A stretch of 64,000 bases of DNA from Camelus dromedarius (lineage: Eukaryota), in NCBI RefSeq assembly GCF_036321535.1, contig NC_087438.1, positions 2,482,001-2,546,000 of the forward strand, in the 5' to 3' direction. The notes beneath the pieces were generated by a model. That model worked only from the letters and a program-made list of their open reading frames with translations, was not told where the DNA came from and searched no databases. A program made the position numbers and the translations under genes. Positions 23,351 to 35,402 of this stretch are shown in pieces (positions within the stretch are counted from its first letter, which is position 1; the number at the start of each line of letters is the position of its first letter).

Positions 23351-23802
23351 CACACACATACACACACAACACACACACACCATACACACCACACACACAT
23401 ACACACAATGCACACACAACACACACACACCACACAACACACACACATACCACAATGCACACACACCAGACAGACCACACACACCACACACACACACCAC
23501 ACAACACACACACAATGCACACACAACACACACACACCACACACACATACACACTGCACACACAACACACACAATGCACATACAACGCACACACACCACA
23601 CACTACACACCACACACACCACACACACACACAACACACACACACATACACACAACACACACACAAGCACACACGCAATGCACACACACACCACACAACA
23701 CACACATAATGCACACACAACACACACACCACACGCAGCACACACACATACACGCAACGCACACACAACACACACACAAGCACACATACACACACACAAG
23801 CA
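23332..23802. repeat. Complex (CG)/(CA)-rich micro/minisatellite (~470 bp)
   Basis: gtgcgcacgcgcgcgcgcacacacac..., then CA runs punctuated by recurring caatgcac, caacacac and caccacac. Confidence 0.97.
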
Positions 23803-25039
23803 TGCCTGTGCGTGGTTAGGAAATCTCAGGTGGTTTTGTTTCAGGCGGCGCAGGAATTCAGAGCCTGACTGCTAACATCCTGGGCCTTCCCTAGGCGTTG
23901 CTCAGACCACGAATTTGTCACTTTAGGAGGAAAGGTGACCTGCACTAAGGTGTTTTCATCCTATGCGTGGCAGGTCCCCCGTGTCGTGCGGGGGCCCCCT
24001 GAGTGCCGGGGGCAGGCAGCACCGTCCTCGCGTCCTGTCTGAGCTGGGCTCGGACTCCGCCTCCGGGCGTCAGCAGCACGCAGCCCCTGCTCAGCCCCGC
24101 ACGCCGCACCACACGTCACACAGGAGGGAACGAGCAGATGAGGGGGTGTAGACTACGCCCAGAAACAGTGAGGTGAAGTGGGCTTCCAAATACCTGTGGG
24201 GGGACCCCCGCCAGGCAAGGTGAGTGTGAAGGTGGGACGGTGGCCAGGGCTGGGGGGCTCACGAGCAGATGGGGGCCGGGTATGAGAGGGAGGGAGACAG
24301 GGAGCAAGTACAGAGCAGAGGATGGAGACGGATGCAGGCACATGGGGAGTGGTCCAAACTCTGCACCTTGTCCCCCTCCAGGTAGGGAGGTCTGGATGGG
24401 GAACAGGTGACACATGTGTCTCTTTCACTCCAATTGTCTCCCCTTCAGTAAGAACTGAACAGCCTTCATCTCCTTGACACTTCCAGCAGGAAAGGACACA
24501 GCCAAGGGGGCAGGGGAGGGACCGGGATCTTAGATTCAGCCGTAGTTTTCACGTTGCCTCCATCTGCCCATGGAAGACAATGTGAGATTCGATAGAGATG
24601 CTTTGTTGGTCACCATTTAATCAGTATTTCTGGTAAAAGTTTAATTTGGAGATTACAAGGCTGATATATCAATTTAAATGCATAGTATAGCTTTCGATCT
24701 GAAATTTCCAGACAAGCTGACCTTACTTTGGGCTGAACTGATATAAAACAGAAAACCATACATAAGAGCAAAACATGGTAAGTCTAGTTCCCACTTCAGA
24801 ATTTGTGAGTAGAAATTTCCTGGCTATTTTTTCCCTCTTTCTGGGTAAAAATGAAGTAGGTTGGAAGCCAGGGGTAAGGACGTGCTGCCTTTAACAAGAA
24901 GCCCCATTTCCGTCTAGGAAATGGGTCGAGGCAGCAAGGCTGGCCCAGTCATATCCCCCGAGTGCCCGTTCTTGGCGCCTTCGGTGTTCAGAGCCTGCAG
25001 GGCAGTGAGTTCTGCCCTAATTCATTCTCATGCCAAGAT

Positions 25040-25836
25040 CCATTCACATTAAAACCCACGTTAACACGCCTGCCAGAATGGCCCAGATCCAAAACACCAA
25101 CAGCACCAGAGGCTGGAGAGGACACGGAGCGACAGAGACTCTCATTCGTAGCTGGTGGGGACGCAAGACGGCGCAGCCACTTGGAAAGACAGTTGGCATT
25201 TCTACCAAAACTGACCAAATGACCCGGAAATCATGCCCCTTGGTATTTACCCAAAGGAGTTGAGAACTTACGGTTACCCAAAAATCTGCCTATGATGTTT
25301 ATAGCAGCTTTATTTGTCATTGCCCAAACTTGAAAGCCACTAAGACGTCCTTCAGTAGGTGAATGGATAAGTAAACTGTGTTGCCTCCAGGAAACGGAAT
25401 ATCATTCATTGCTAAATGAAGTGTGTTATCCAGCCATGAAAAGCCATGAAGGAACCTTAAAGACATATTATTAACTGGAAGAAGCCAATCTGAAAAGGCT
25501 CCATACCGTATGAGCCTGACTATATGACCCTCTGGAAGATGGTGGGAGACGGTAGAAAGATGAATGGTTATCAAGGTCTGAGGTAAGGTGGAGAGAACTT
25601 TCAGGGCAGTGAAAATTCCCTGTGTGGTGGGGTAACGATGCATGTCTTTTTACTTTTGTCCAAAACCAGAGAACGAGCACCACCAGGAGTGAACCTTCGG
25701 GTGATGTGCCGATGTCGGTTCACTGATGGTGCGGACGTCGCACCTGACGGGTTCTGCTAGTGCGGGTGGCTGTGAGCATGTGGAAACTCCACACCGTCCA
25801 TGTACTTGTGCGGTGAACCTAAAAGTACTTTAAAAT
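25040..25836 (+). mobile_element. Ancient LINE-1 (L1MC/L1MD-like) 3' fragment
   Basis: agaatggcccagatccaaaacacc...actctcattcgtagctggtggg...ttggtatttacccaaaggagttga...aagccaatctgaaaaggct...gtgaacctaaaagtactttaaaa. Confidence 0.88.
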
Positions 25837-25839
25837 GCA

Positions 25840-26682
25840 GTAGAAGATTTGAACAGACACTTTACTGAAAAAGATATAAGAATGGACAATAAGCACATGA
25901 AAAATCGCTCCACATCATTGGTCGTTAGAACATAAACTGTAATGAGACATCACTACACCCCTAATAGAACGTCTGAAAAAGCCGGAGACAAACGAACAGC
26001 ACCGTGTGCGCTAGCAAATACGTGATGGACTGTGAGGCGCAGACGCTGCCAGCAGGGGTGTCATCGGGCCTACCCGGTTTGGGAAACAGTTGGGGAGTTA
26101 CTCTAAAAGTTAAACATACACTTACGCCATGACCCAGCCTTTCCACTCCTAGAGACTGACCGCAGAGAAGTGGAAACCGACATCCACACAGACGCCTGGA
26201 CACAAGTGTTCATAGCAGCATTATTCATAACAGTCCAAAAGTGAGGCGACCCAAAGTTCCCCAGGCTGGTGAGTGGGTGGGCAGGGTGAGGTGCACGCCC
26301 ACACATCACGCAGCTCGGCTGTTAGAGGAAGCAGCGGGGCGGCGGGGGGGGGATCCACGCGGACACCCGCTGCTGGACTCGGGTGGATCTCAGAGGCCTG
26401 AGGCGAAGTGAAGAAACCAGACACGCAAGGACACCGAGTGCAGGGCTCCACTTAGGTGCCGTTCCTGGAAGAGGAGCACCTGCGGGGACAGAAGTCAGCC
26501 GAGGGACCGCCTGGGGTGGAGGGCGGGGCAGGGACGCTGTGCTGGGCGCCGGGCGCCCAGTGGGTCGGGGAGCCGTTCTCTGTCCTGTGGGCCTTTGTCA
26601 AAACTCATTGACTGTGGTCTTGGTCTTCAAGAGGCGATTTAATGTGTGTCAGCTGTAACTCAATAAACCTGATTTTAAAATA
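25840..26682 (+). mobile_element. Ancient LINE-1 (L1ME-like) 3' fragment
   Basis: gatttgaacagacactttactgaaaaagatata...aataagcacatgaaaa...aagtgttcatagcagcattattcataacag...ctcaataaacctgattttaaaa. Confidence 0.88.
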
Positions 26683-27562
26683 TTGAATTAGCAGACAAGT
26701 CTTTCCTAATTAGGTCTGGTTTTTACCACTCCCCTCTGGCAGAAGATAAAATGACAGTTGCTGTGTGGAGCTAAGGGGAGAAGGGGAGAGGTGGTGCCAG
26801 AGGGGCAGCGGGTACCCTCCCCGGCCTGAGAACGGTGCCGGTGCCGGTGCTGGTGGGGAGGGTGCTCTCCAGTCACGACAAGGCTCAGCTCCTGGTCCGT
26901 CGGTGCAGTGGTGGGGGGCCCTCATGGCAGGCTGACGGAGGACACAGACAACAGCCTGGGGGTCCTGGGAACTGAAGGACCCTCCTCTCTGGGCTGAAAG
27001 GAGACCCTGGCCAGGGCTGCCTGCGGGCGCTGAGTGTGCGGGGCTGCTGCTCGGACAGCGGCCGGTGGTGATCCCCCCGCGGCGCGCTGTCCCACCGCCC
27101 GCAGCGTGTGCCCAGAGGACGCCAGATTCTGCTGGGGTCCAGAGCTGCGCCTCGCCTCCCCAGCTCCCCCCTGGCCCCCGTGTGCCTCCGTCACAGGTTG
27201 GTTTACTCTTCAAAGCCAGTCTCCTCTGCGTGCGTTTAGAACAGCAGAAGTTATTTTTATACAGAAGGGTTAACCTGTGACAAGGAGCCCTTCCTTCTGT
27301 GTGACTCTTTTTAAGACACCCCTGGAAGAGACAGCAGCGGTATGTTTAACTTAATACTGAAACCAAAATGGCCACATGTAGCCGCTATATTTTTAAAATT
27401 CTGAAGCCTAGCTCCATCTCAGTGTTTCCTACATGTGTGAGATGAACTGCTCTGCTCCAGGGTCAAGCAACAGCGCCAGGTTTTAACTGAATGAAGATTT
27501 TATTTTCTCCCTCTTGAATCCCTCCGTGATGGTCTGTTCCACCCCCACCGCGTGGGTGCACT

Positions 27563-27609
27563 CACGCGCGCGCGCGCGCGCGCACGCGCACACACACACA
27601 CACACACAC
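27563..27609. repeat. Compound (CG)9-(CA)n microsatellite
   Basis: cacgcgcgcgcgcgcgcgcgcacgcgcacacacacacacacacacac. Confidence 0.97.
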
Positions 27610-28410
27610 TTCATTATTGCGCATATATTGTCTTTTTTGGATCATCAGATTCCTAATCTTACCGTCTGTGGCCCAAGCTAGTTACAAGTGAAGGCCATTC
27701 AAGGCAAAGTCATACTTTATTACCCTTTATCAATCAATGAAATGAGTCTGATTCGGCTCATGCTATGGAAATCACATGAAAGCAAGAGAAACCCCTTCTG
27801 CCGTATCTGCCGTGGCCGCGCTCCACGCATAAGTGCAGAAATGGCATTTACGAGCCCACTCGTGTGAAGCTTGAGTAGGCAGATTCATGAAATTCGCCGA
27901 GATTTGGATTAAATTTAAACCATTCTATACAGCTCTACTTTTGATTAAGGCTGTGTGTGCAGTGAAAAACCTCGCATTTGAATAGAACCTGGGTCTTTAA
28001 GAACTTTGAATGTGTGCAAATCTAAATTGAGCTCTGAGCTGGGTCTCACAGGGAATGGTGGGTCAATTCACATTTAGTATTAAAGCAGGGATGGAGCAGA
28101 TAGCCCTCCATCCTTTTAAGTTTTAGCTCTGGATCAGAGTTTATTAATAACAGCATGAACAGAGAGACAACTCATTCCATTTCACTCATTAAATTATGAG
28201 ACTTAAAGTTTCTAAACAGAGGATGCTGGTAAGACAATTGAAACTAGCAAAAGAGGAGGGAAAAAAGAGATTTTTATGTGTATCCACCCACACACTCACC
28301 CCCGGAAAAGAGCAGCTTACCAGGTGACACTGAGTGACCTTTCGGGGCCCCGGGAACAAATACTCCTCTTTTTCTTAATGGTACCCAAGGACACATACTG
28401 TCATAATACT

Positions 28411-28443
28411 TAAAAAAAAAAAAAAAAAAAAGAGAGAGAGAGA
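28411..28443. repeat. Poly-A run followed by (GA)n
   Basis: About 20 A followed by gagagagagaga. Confidence 0.9.
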
Positions 28444-30649
28444 CTGCTTTTGATCTGACTATTCCCTTTACATAAAATTCTACATTTCTGTCTGCCGCTG
28501 TTCACTTTTTTCCTATCAGCGGACGTGGATGGAACATTCTAAGCCTTGGAGCTTATTTTAATATATTTAGAAGATTCTCCTCTTATTCTCCAGGAGTCAC
28601 AGGATAGGAGATGAAGGTGCGCAGTCCAGAGCCCGGCTGCGGCTCCTCTGCCAGAGCCGTCACGGACAGACCACTTCGAGGGGCTTGGGCGGAGCCCCCA
28701 GCAGCTGCCGCCGTCAGCGGGCAGACGTGCCGGCGGTGGGGGCTCGCGCAGTGGCTGGAAGCGGGGCCTGGCTCCAGGTTGCTAATTATGGGATGGTGAG
28801 GGTGGATGAGACATTTTGCGATCCAGAGTTGGCAAAACACTGCAGTTCATCACCATTTTCTGTAAAGACATGTGCACTTAATCTGCAGCAAGATTCCGCG
28901 CTCCTGGACCACTGCTGGGGGCCTCAGGGCACGCTGTCTGTCTCCTGCTCCGCGTCTGAGCATGTGCTTTCCTCTCCCATCTGACTCCCTCCGACTCCCT
29001 CCAGCTGAGGAGACGCTGTGTTTCCACTGGCAGCGGGATTAAGGGGGGGTGTGTCCACCCAAATGCAGGCATTGGGAGAAACAGAGACGGCAACCCCCAA
29101 AATACCATGAAAGTAAAACAGGATGACTGATGGCAGTTCTGGTGAGCTGAGGGTCTGGAGTCCCACGGAACGAGCGCAAGTGTCCAAGGCTACAGCCCTG
29201 AGCAGCAGCCGGTGGCTGGCGGGACGGCAGCAGGAGGCGGGAGAGCCAGGAGCAGGGGAGCGGGTGGGAGCATTATCAGCAGTACTCGGAAGAGTGTCCT
29301 TGTGACAAAATCTGAGCTGCTGTGCCTCTCAGAACCTGCCCTCCATCCCCAGGCTTCCCAGGGAGTCTGCAAGCTACCCAACAACTTCAAATAAATCCCT
29401 TTTCTGCTTTTATTTTTGTAAATATAATTAAGGTAAAATAATGGAATCATCAAAAGACAATTATTCTGTCATGGAGGGCCGCCTTCTAGTCATGAACCGG
29501 AGCCGACAAGCCTGTGCCAAACAGGGTGTGCAGGAGGCTTGAGACTTCAGAACCAGTGCCCCGTGCTCTTAAATATCCTTCGTGGTCAGAAACCTTCCTC
29601 TTGTGAAGGTGTTTGTCAGGGTTTGAAAGAACCCAAAGTCCTTCAGGACCAAATCCAGAGAGACATTTTAGGGCTCCCTGGTTTGCTTTTAGGAAAGAGA
29701 CGGATCTCCCAGTGCGGCTCTGAGGGTGAGCGCAGGTGGAACAGTGGTGAGCAGTGTGTGCACTGTCGGATTCACGTGTCATCTCACACGTTGTCCAAAC
29801 TGAAGGACCTCTGCGTCCTGGTGTCCACCGTGTGCTTTGGCTTTTGATGTTGAGCTGACGCCCTAAGTCCTGGATTCATGGCAGGAAGGGGTCAAGCACC
29901 TCTTTCATTGCTTTTCGTGATTGTTCATACTCTGCATTATAAGCCTGTGCTTAAAAAAACCTACCTGTTTTACCTTGCAGAGGCCAACCGACCAGCTACC
30001 TGCCCGGACGCCCTCCCAAGATGGCCACATCTTCCTTGGGCTGTGTGACCCCCAGGAGTGACACCGGCAGAGCGAGAGGAGTCATGGGGGTCGCAGGGTC
30101 GGGGTGGGAGACAATGAAGCATCCTCGAAGGTGGTGCCGGTGCACAGGGCAAGTCCGCAGGGAGCTTGGGCTAGGGACTGGGGGGCTGAGAGAGTGGGGC
30201 ACTGGGGACGTGGGAGAGAAGGAAGGGGACACAGGCAGGCAGAGAAATGCCAGCGGAGGGATGGGGAGTCAGCAGGAGCTGGAGGTCTAGGGGTTGGCGT
30301 AGAGACTGCTCCAGCCAGAGCCAGAGCCTGGGTCCGGACTGCACACGGGACAGCTGGATGCAGCCTGTGGGTGGTCCCAGAGAACACTCGGACCATCGAT
30401 GGCAGCACGTGGGTGCAAGTCAGGAGACACCGATTTGAACACGGGCTATGAACACACCCTCGGGCTCCCAGCTGGTGCCCAGAGGTCCTCTCACTGCAGA
30501 GGTCAGTCTTCAGGTTAAACAGCCCTGTGGTCTCTGATCTGCTGATGCCTCAGAAGACGCAGGTGCCCCAGTTGTGGAGCGCAGGGTGCCCAGATCACGT
30601 GAGGCAGAAGTACCCTCGTAGGGGTGGCCTGATCAGTGGCCTCAAAGTT

Positions 30650-30782
30650 GGTGTGTGTGAGTGTGTCTGAGTGTGATAAGCTAGTGTGGATTTGTGTGTG
30701 CGAGTGCGTGCGTGGTGTCAGATTGTGTGCCTGTGTGCATGGGGGTGTGTGTGTGAGTGTGGGTGACTGTGAACAGGTGTGC
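30650..30782. repeat. Degenerate (TG)-rich low-complexity tract
   Basis: gtgtgtgtgagtgtgtctgagtgtg...tgtgtgcgagtgcgtgcgtg...gtgtgtgtgtgagtgtgg. Confidence 0.8.
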
Positions 30783-31924
30783 CACCCCAGGCCCGGAGTG
30801 CAGGGGTCCCCTGCTCTTTCCCACAAGTGCCTCTTCCCAGTCCTGGAAGGGGTGTGATGTCAGCTGGTGACTATAACTAGGCAGCCTAAATATTCCTCAT
30901 TAGGCTTTGAAGAACATTTGCCAAACTTAGGATGTTTTGTCTAAAAGTGCCTCCCTTCAGGCCACAGGTGGTCCCTGAACATTTCATTTAAAGTTACAGG
31001 GCAATATCCCCACCAGGAACCTCCACCATAGGGGAGGGGGGAGAAGAGGGGCTGAGCACTTCGGCCTGTCCTGGGCGGAGAGTGGTTCCTCCTGTGTCTG
31101 TGACTGAGGGGCTGGTGGGCAGAGCAGGCCGCTACGGGGCCAGCATCCAGGCGGATCCCCACCTCTGCGGGCCCGTGGAGATGGCTTTAGCAGCGTGCAG
31201 GTCAGTCTGTCTCCACCTCTGTGCACATGGCAGCCCCACTGGACCGACTAGTGTAACAGTTACGTGTGAGATGAGCGAAGCCCCTTGCTGGTGTGGTCAG
31301 TTGGGGTCAGAATGGTTCTTCAAAACATTGACCCAGACAGCACAAAAGCACGCCACACAAAGCCTTGTTTGTAGAGACCCAAGGGCAGCCCGGAGGTGAT
31401 GCTCTGTTTTGGGAGAGCCGGGGGAAGTGGGTCGCTGTACGTCCGGTGGAAGCAACTCCACTGACAAAGACTAACGTCTGTTACTTGAGCATGAAAACAG
31501 AAAGCCGGGGGATGTAGTAAGATTCCTGGTTCAATTTTAAGGAGATTAATTTTGTAATATTTGCTTTTCACCCCCTGCATTTAATGCTCGGATTTAGACG
31601 TGGGAACTGTCTTGTGAAATAACTCCTGCGACTCCGTCTAGCGGCTCGCGGAGCACGCCGCCCGGCCTCCCACACGGTCTCTCCGCCCCGAGGCTGCCCA
31701 GCCCTTGGTGGAACTCCATGCTCCCGCCGCCCTGAGGGGAGTGGCCGGACAGCACTGTTCCGCATCCTCCAGTATCTGCCCTGGGTCTGTCATCTTGATG
31801 AAAATGAGCATTTGCCACAGTGGGTGACTGAGTCAAGGCTTCAGTTAAAATATTCTTAAGGTAAATTATGGGTGGCTGAAGGTATCTATTAGAAACTCTG
31901 CGGAGGGTAGAATCATTCGCTGTC

Positions 31925-32280
31925 TGTACTGCTGCTCCGGTGGCTGCATCAAAACACTGCACACTGGGGGGCTTAAACATAAACAGTGTGTTTTCTCCCA
32001 GTTCTGGAGGCTGGAAGCCCTCGATCGTGGGCGGGCAGGGCTGGCTTCTCCTGAGGTCTCGGCTTGTGGACGGCTGTCTCCTCGCTGTGTCTCCCGTGGT
32101 CTTCCCTCTGTGTGTGTCTGTGTCCTAATCTCCCCTTCTTATAAGGACAGTGGCCAGGTTACTTTAGGGCCCATCGCACCTTAATTACCTCTTCAGACAC
32201 CCCACCTCCAGTCACCTTTGGAGGAACTGGAGATTAGGACTTCAACATATGGATTTGGGGTGATGACTCGACCCACAACA
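31925..32280 (-). mobile_element. MaLR solo LTR (MLT1B-like)
   Basis: ggcttaaaca...cagttctggaggctggaag...tgtgtctgtgtcctaatctccccttcttataaggaca...ttaattacctctt...ttaggacttcaacatatg...cccacaaca. Confidence 0.9.
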
Positions 32281-34559
32281 TCCTCCCATGGGAGTAAAAC
32301 CAGGGGTTCCAGTCTCTGGAGGATAAACATGAATTGTGTTCCTGCAAAATCTCAACACTGATAGAGCCTCATTTCTCTGAAGAGCCACTTGCCAGGCCTG
32401 GAGGAACGAAGCCACGTGGTCAGCTCAACTTGGTAATTCCGGCGTAGGACTTACTCAGTGGCGCTGACCTGGGGCTTATAACAGAATATTATAAACAAGT
32501 GTGTCGTGCTGATCTTACTTCGCATAGAGCCCCCAATGTAGGTGGAAGCCAACCGCTGTGGCCGTATTGATATTTACACTATCTTTTTAATCAGTTAATT
32601 AATCGGTTTAATTCAGTTGTCGGTTAAGTGATGTCCCCTAATGGAACTTAGATCAGATTGAAGGCTGGGAAGGTAAAGAGTTCCAAGATCAGAGGACTCC
32701 ACGGTTGTTAACTTAACATCGTGGTTTTTTTCAAAGTATGTAGTTCAAGTACCTGCTGAGTTTGGTGGCACATGTGTCCCTAAAAACTAGCCTGTTCCGA
32801 TCTGCAACTCCAGCTGGCGGCTGTCTCATGGGTCCTATAAAGAGTGGGCACCTGTCAGGACGGGCACCTTGAAGGCTCTTGTGTGGTCCTGCTTTGCTAA
32901 GATGGCAGTTTTACCCTAAGGTGGTCGGAACTTTCATTTCAGGTTTTCCAATAATGGAGCAATTGTGCTGTTTCCTCAGTCTCTGCGGGGGAGAGACCAG
33001 CACCATAAGGACAACTGGTCAACTGTAAATGCACCAGTTCAGACCTTCTGGCTTCTTGCTAAAGAATCAGGGCCCACGGGGTACCCTACACTTGAAACCT
33101 ATGTGATAAAATAAAAGACGGCGTCTTTGCGGAGCCGGCCCCGGGGAGAGCGTTTGGAAAGGGCCCAGCCTGGACCCTTGTCTGTCTCCAGCCCAGCCAC
33201 CATCTTTGCTCACTCCCTCAGATCTGCCGAGAATAAAGGTGACTCCACATTCATTTTCATAATTGTTCCCACATGACAAACACAAGTAGCATGAACATTC
33301 TAGGTTGAGCACATTTGGCCTGGGTCTCCTTGTGTTTGGCCAGGAGTGAAAGGAGGCTGCTCTGGGCGGCGGGAACAGCCCCCGGCCTCAGGCAGGCATG
33401 CTTCCCCACGGGGGACGGAGGCAGGGGGCGGCGAAGCGGCGGAGAGGAGGCAGCAGACACAGCCGACGCGTTTCGCTTGCCGCCGACACACACAGCGCAC
33501 ATGCTGGAGGTCAAGCTGGTAAATTAAACCACGAGGCTGAGCTGTATTCTGTGCTGAAGGTGTGTCACAAATGCAGTCCTGCAGTGACTGTCCCTGTCCC
33601 CTCTGCTCTGCATCTTCAGCGGGTCCTGGATTAAGTAACCCAGAGCTAGGAGTGGGTGGCTAATACTCACGTTTTCCTCACCATTCCTGGCATTCACCCC
33701 GGAATGCATGTACGGGGATGGTATGTATACATTTTTTAAAGAAGGCCGTACAAATCCAAGGCGGCAAGCAAGAAACAATGTTACAGTGCCCCCCGTCGTG
33801 GGCGAGTGGGCATTTACTGCTGGCGAGAAGACCGTCTTCTGTCGCCATCGGAACGCATGAACCTAACTGATCACCTTCTGAAGAATTTATGAGTCATGCT
33901 TAATAATCAGCTTTAGGCACTTCTGAGGGAAGCAGCACCTTCTGAAGCTGCAAAGGTCCCCTGAACAGCTCCTGGGGAGTGACCTGCCGCCCATTAGCTG
34001 CAGAAACTCGCCGCTGGAGGATGGGGTGCAGGAGCCAAGCCACTTCAGCCTCAGCCCACTTCAAATGTCAAGAAGTCTCCACTTAAACACCCGATTAACC
34101 TGCAAGGACCAGAGCAGCAGCCCTTCTCCTGGAAGGAGAGGATCTTGCGGCTTTTTTTTTTTTTTCCCCTGGAAGAAACTTTTTCTTTGCATTTAAGAGA
34201 AAAAAAAAAAAAAACCTTTTCTCTTTTTTCCCCCTTCTCCCTCATATTCATTATTTTCTGTCTTTAAAAAGGCTTTTATCTGACTTTTATCTCTTCCATA
34301 TGCTCGTGGCAAATGCCAGCATCTTCCCATTTTACAAATCTGCCCGGGTCCCAGACTTTATCTGCCTCGCGCCGGCTTACTGTTTTCCTATTTAAATGGT
34401 TGATGCTGAATCAAAGTCAAATGTGAAGGTCAGGGAGATGGTTTTGGAGCTTTGTGATCTGAGACACAAACAGGGCTTGCTCGACAGAAGCAAATCAGCC
34501 CCGCAGAATGAAATTCGCACCTACTGTCAGTACTAGAGCCTGTGTTTGGGGACATTCGT

Positions 34560-34629
34560 CTTTAATTATTATAAATAGTAATACATACATTAACGACTTG
34601 GCCTTTAATTATTATAAATAGTAATACAT
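34560..34629. repeat. Perfect 27-bp direct repeat with a 16-bp spacer
   Basis: ctttaattattataaatagtaatacat at 34560-34586 and 34603-34629. Confidence 0.95.
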
Positions 34630-35149
34630 GATTATTCTATTTATTATACATTATGTATCATGTGTGTCGATAAAACCATTAATAACTTATTTGTTACACA
34701 TATAATTAATAAATTACAATGATCATTCAGGTGATTTGAATTTTAAATTAAACGAGGTCCCAAAGAGTCAACAAAACAGGTATCTTATTTGGAAAGCATT
34801 ACATAGCTCCCTAATTCCTGCAATTACAGCCATCATTATCCAACCATCATATTTCCAGAGAAGACAGATGCGTTCCTGCTTCTTTTCTGTTCTGTTCCAG
34901 GAATTGCACTGTTCAAAGCACTTAGGTGAAGTAAACATGTGACAAATGTTCCTGGAGTGTTTATTCCACATTTAACGTCACTGTGTACGTCAGAGCGCAT
35001 CAGAGCTGGGTGCGTGCACTTCATGGCTCCGGCGGAGTCCAGAGCTTTCAGGACCTCCTCTCCTGCGGAGGCCCTGTGGTCCGCTTCAGGTGGAGGAGGT
35101 TCCGCTCCCCCTTTCAGCCCTGCTGCTCATTTTTGTGTTTGAGGTGCAC

Positions 35150-35402
35150 TTCAACATTTTCTAAGTGGGTAGATTTTATGTTGTGTTCTTACCACACACA
35201 CACTCACACACACAAAATTAAAATTAAATGAACAAGGGGACCCAAGACATCTCTGGGAGCTGTAGAATCTGTCTGTCCCCGAGATGGTGGAGGCGGTGTC
35301 CAGGGTGTCCACAGAGGAGCTGGGAAACTCTCATGGTACCCAGGAGACACATGCTGCTCCTTCTGGATCATGTGCCCCTCAACAAAGCTGTTTCAAAGAA
35401 AA
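35150..35402 (+). mobile_element. Ancient LINE-1 3' terminus (L1MA/L1MB-like)
   Basis: gggtagattttatgttgtgttcttaccacac...cctcaacaaagctgtttcaaagaaaa resembles L1M 3' ends. Confidence 0.6.

Noticed and set aside
22454..23875. Very long ORFs (209-381 aa) rich in C/V or H/T
   Set aside because: Translations of the CA/TG repeat and GC-rich island, open in many frames on both strands.
34560..34629. CRISPR-like repeat-spacer-repeat
   Set aside because: Only two repeats, a 16-bp spacer, no cas genes and a mammalian context.
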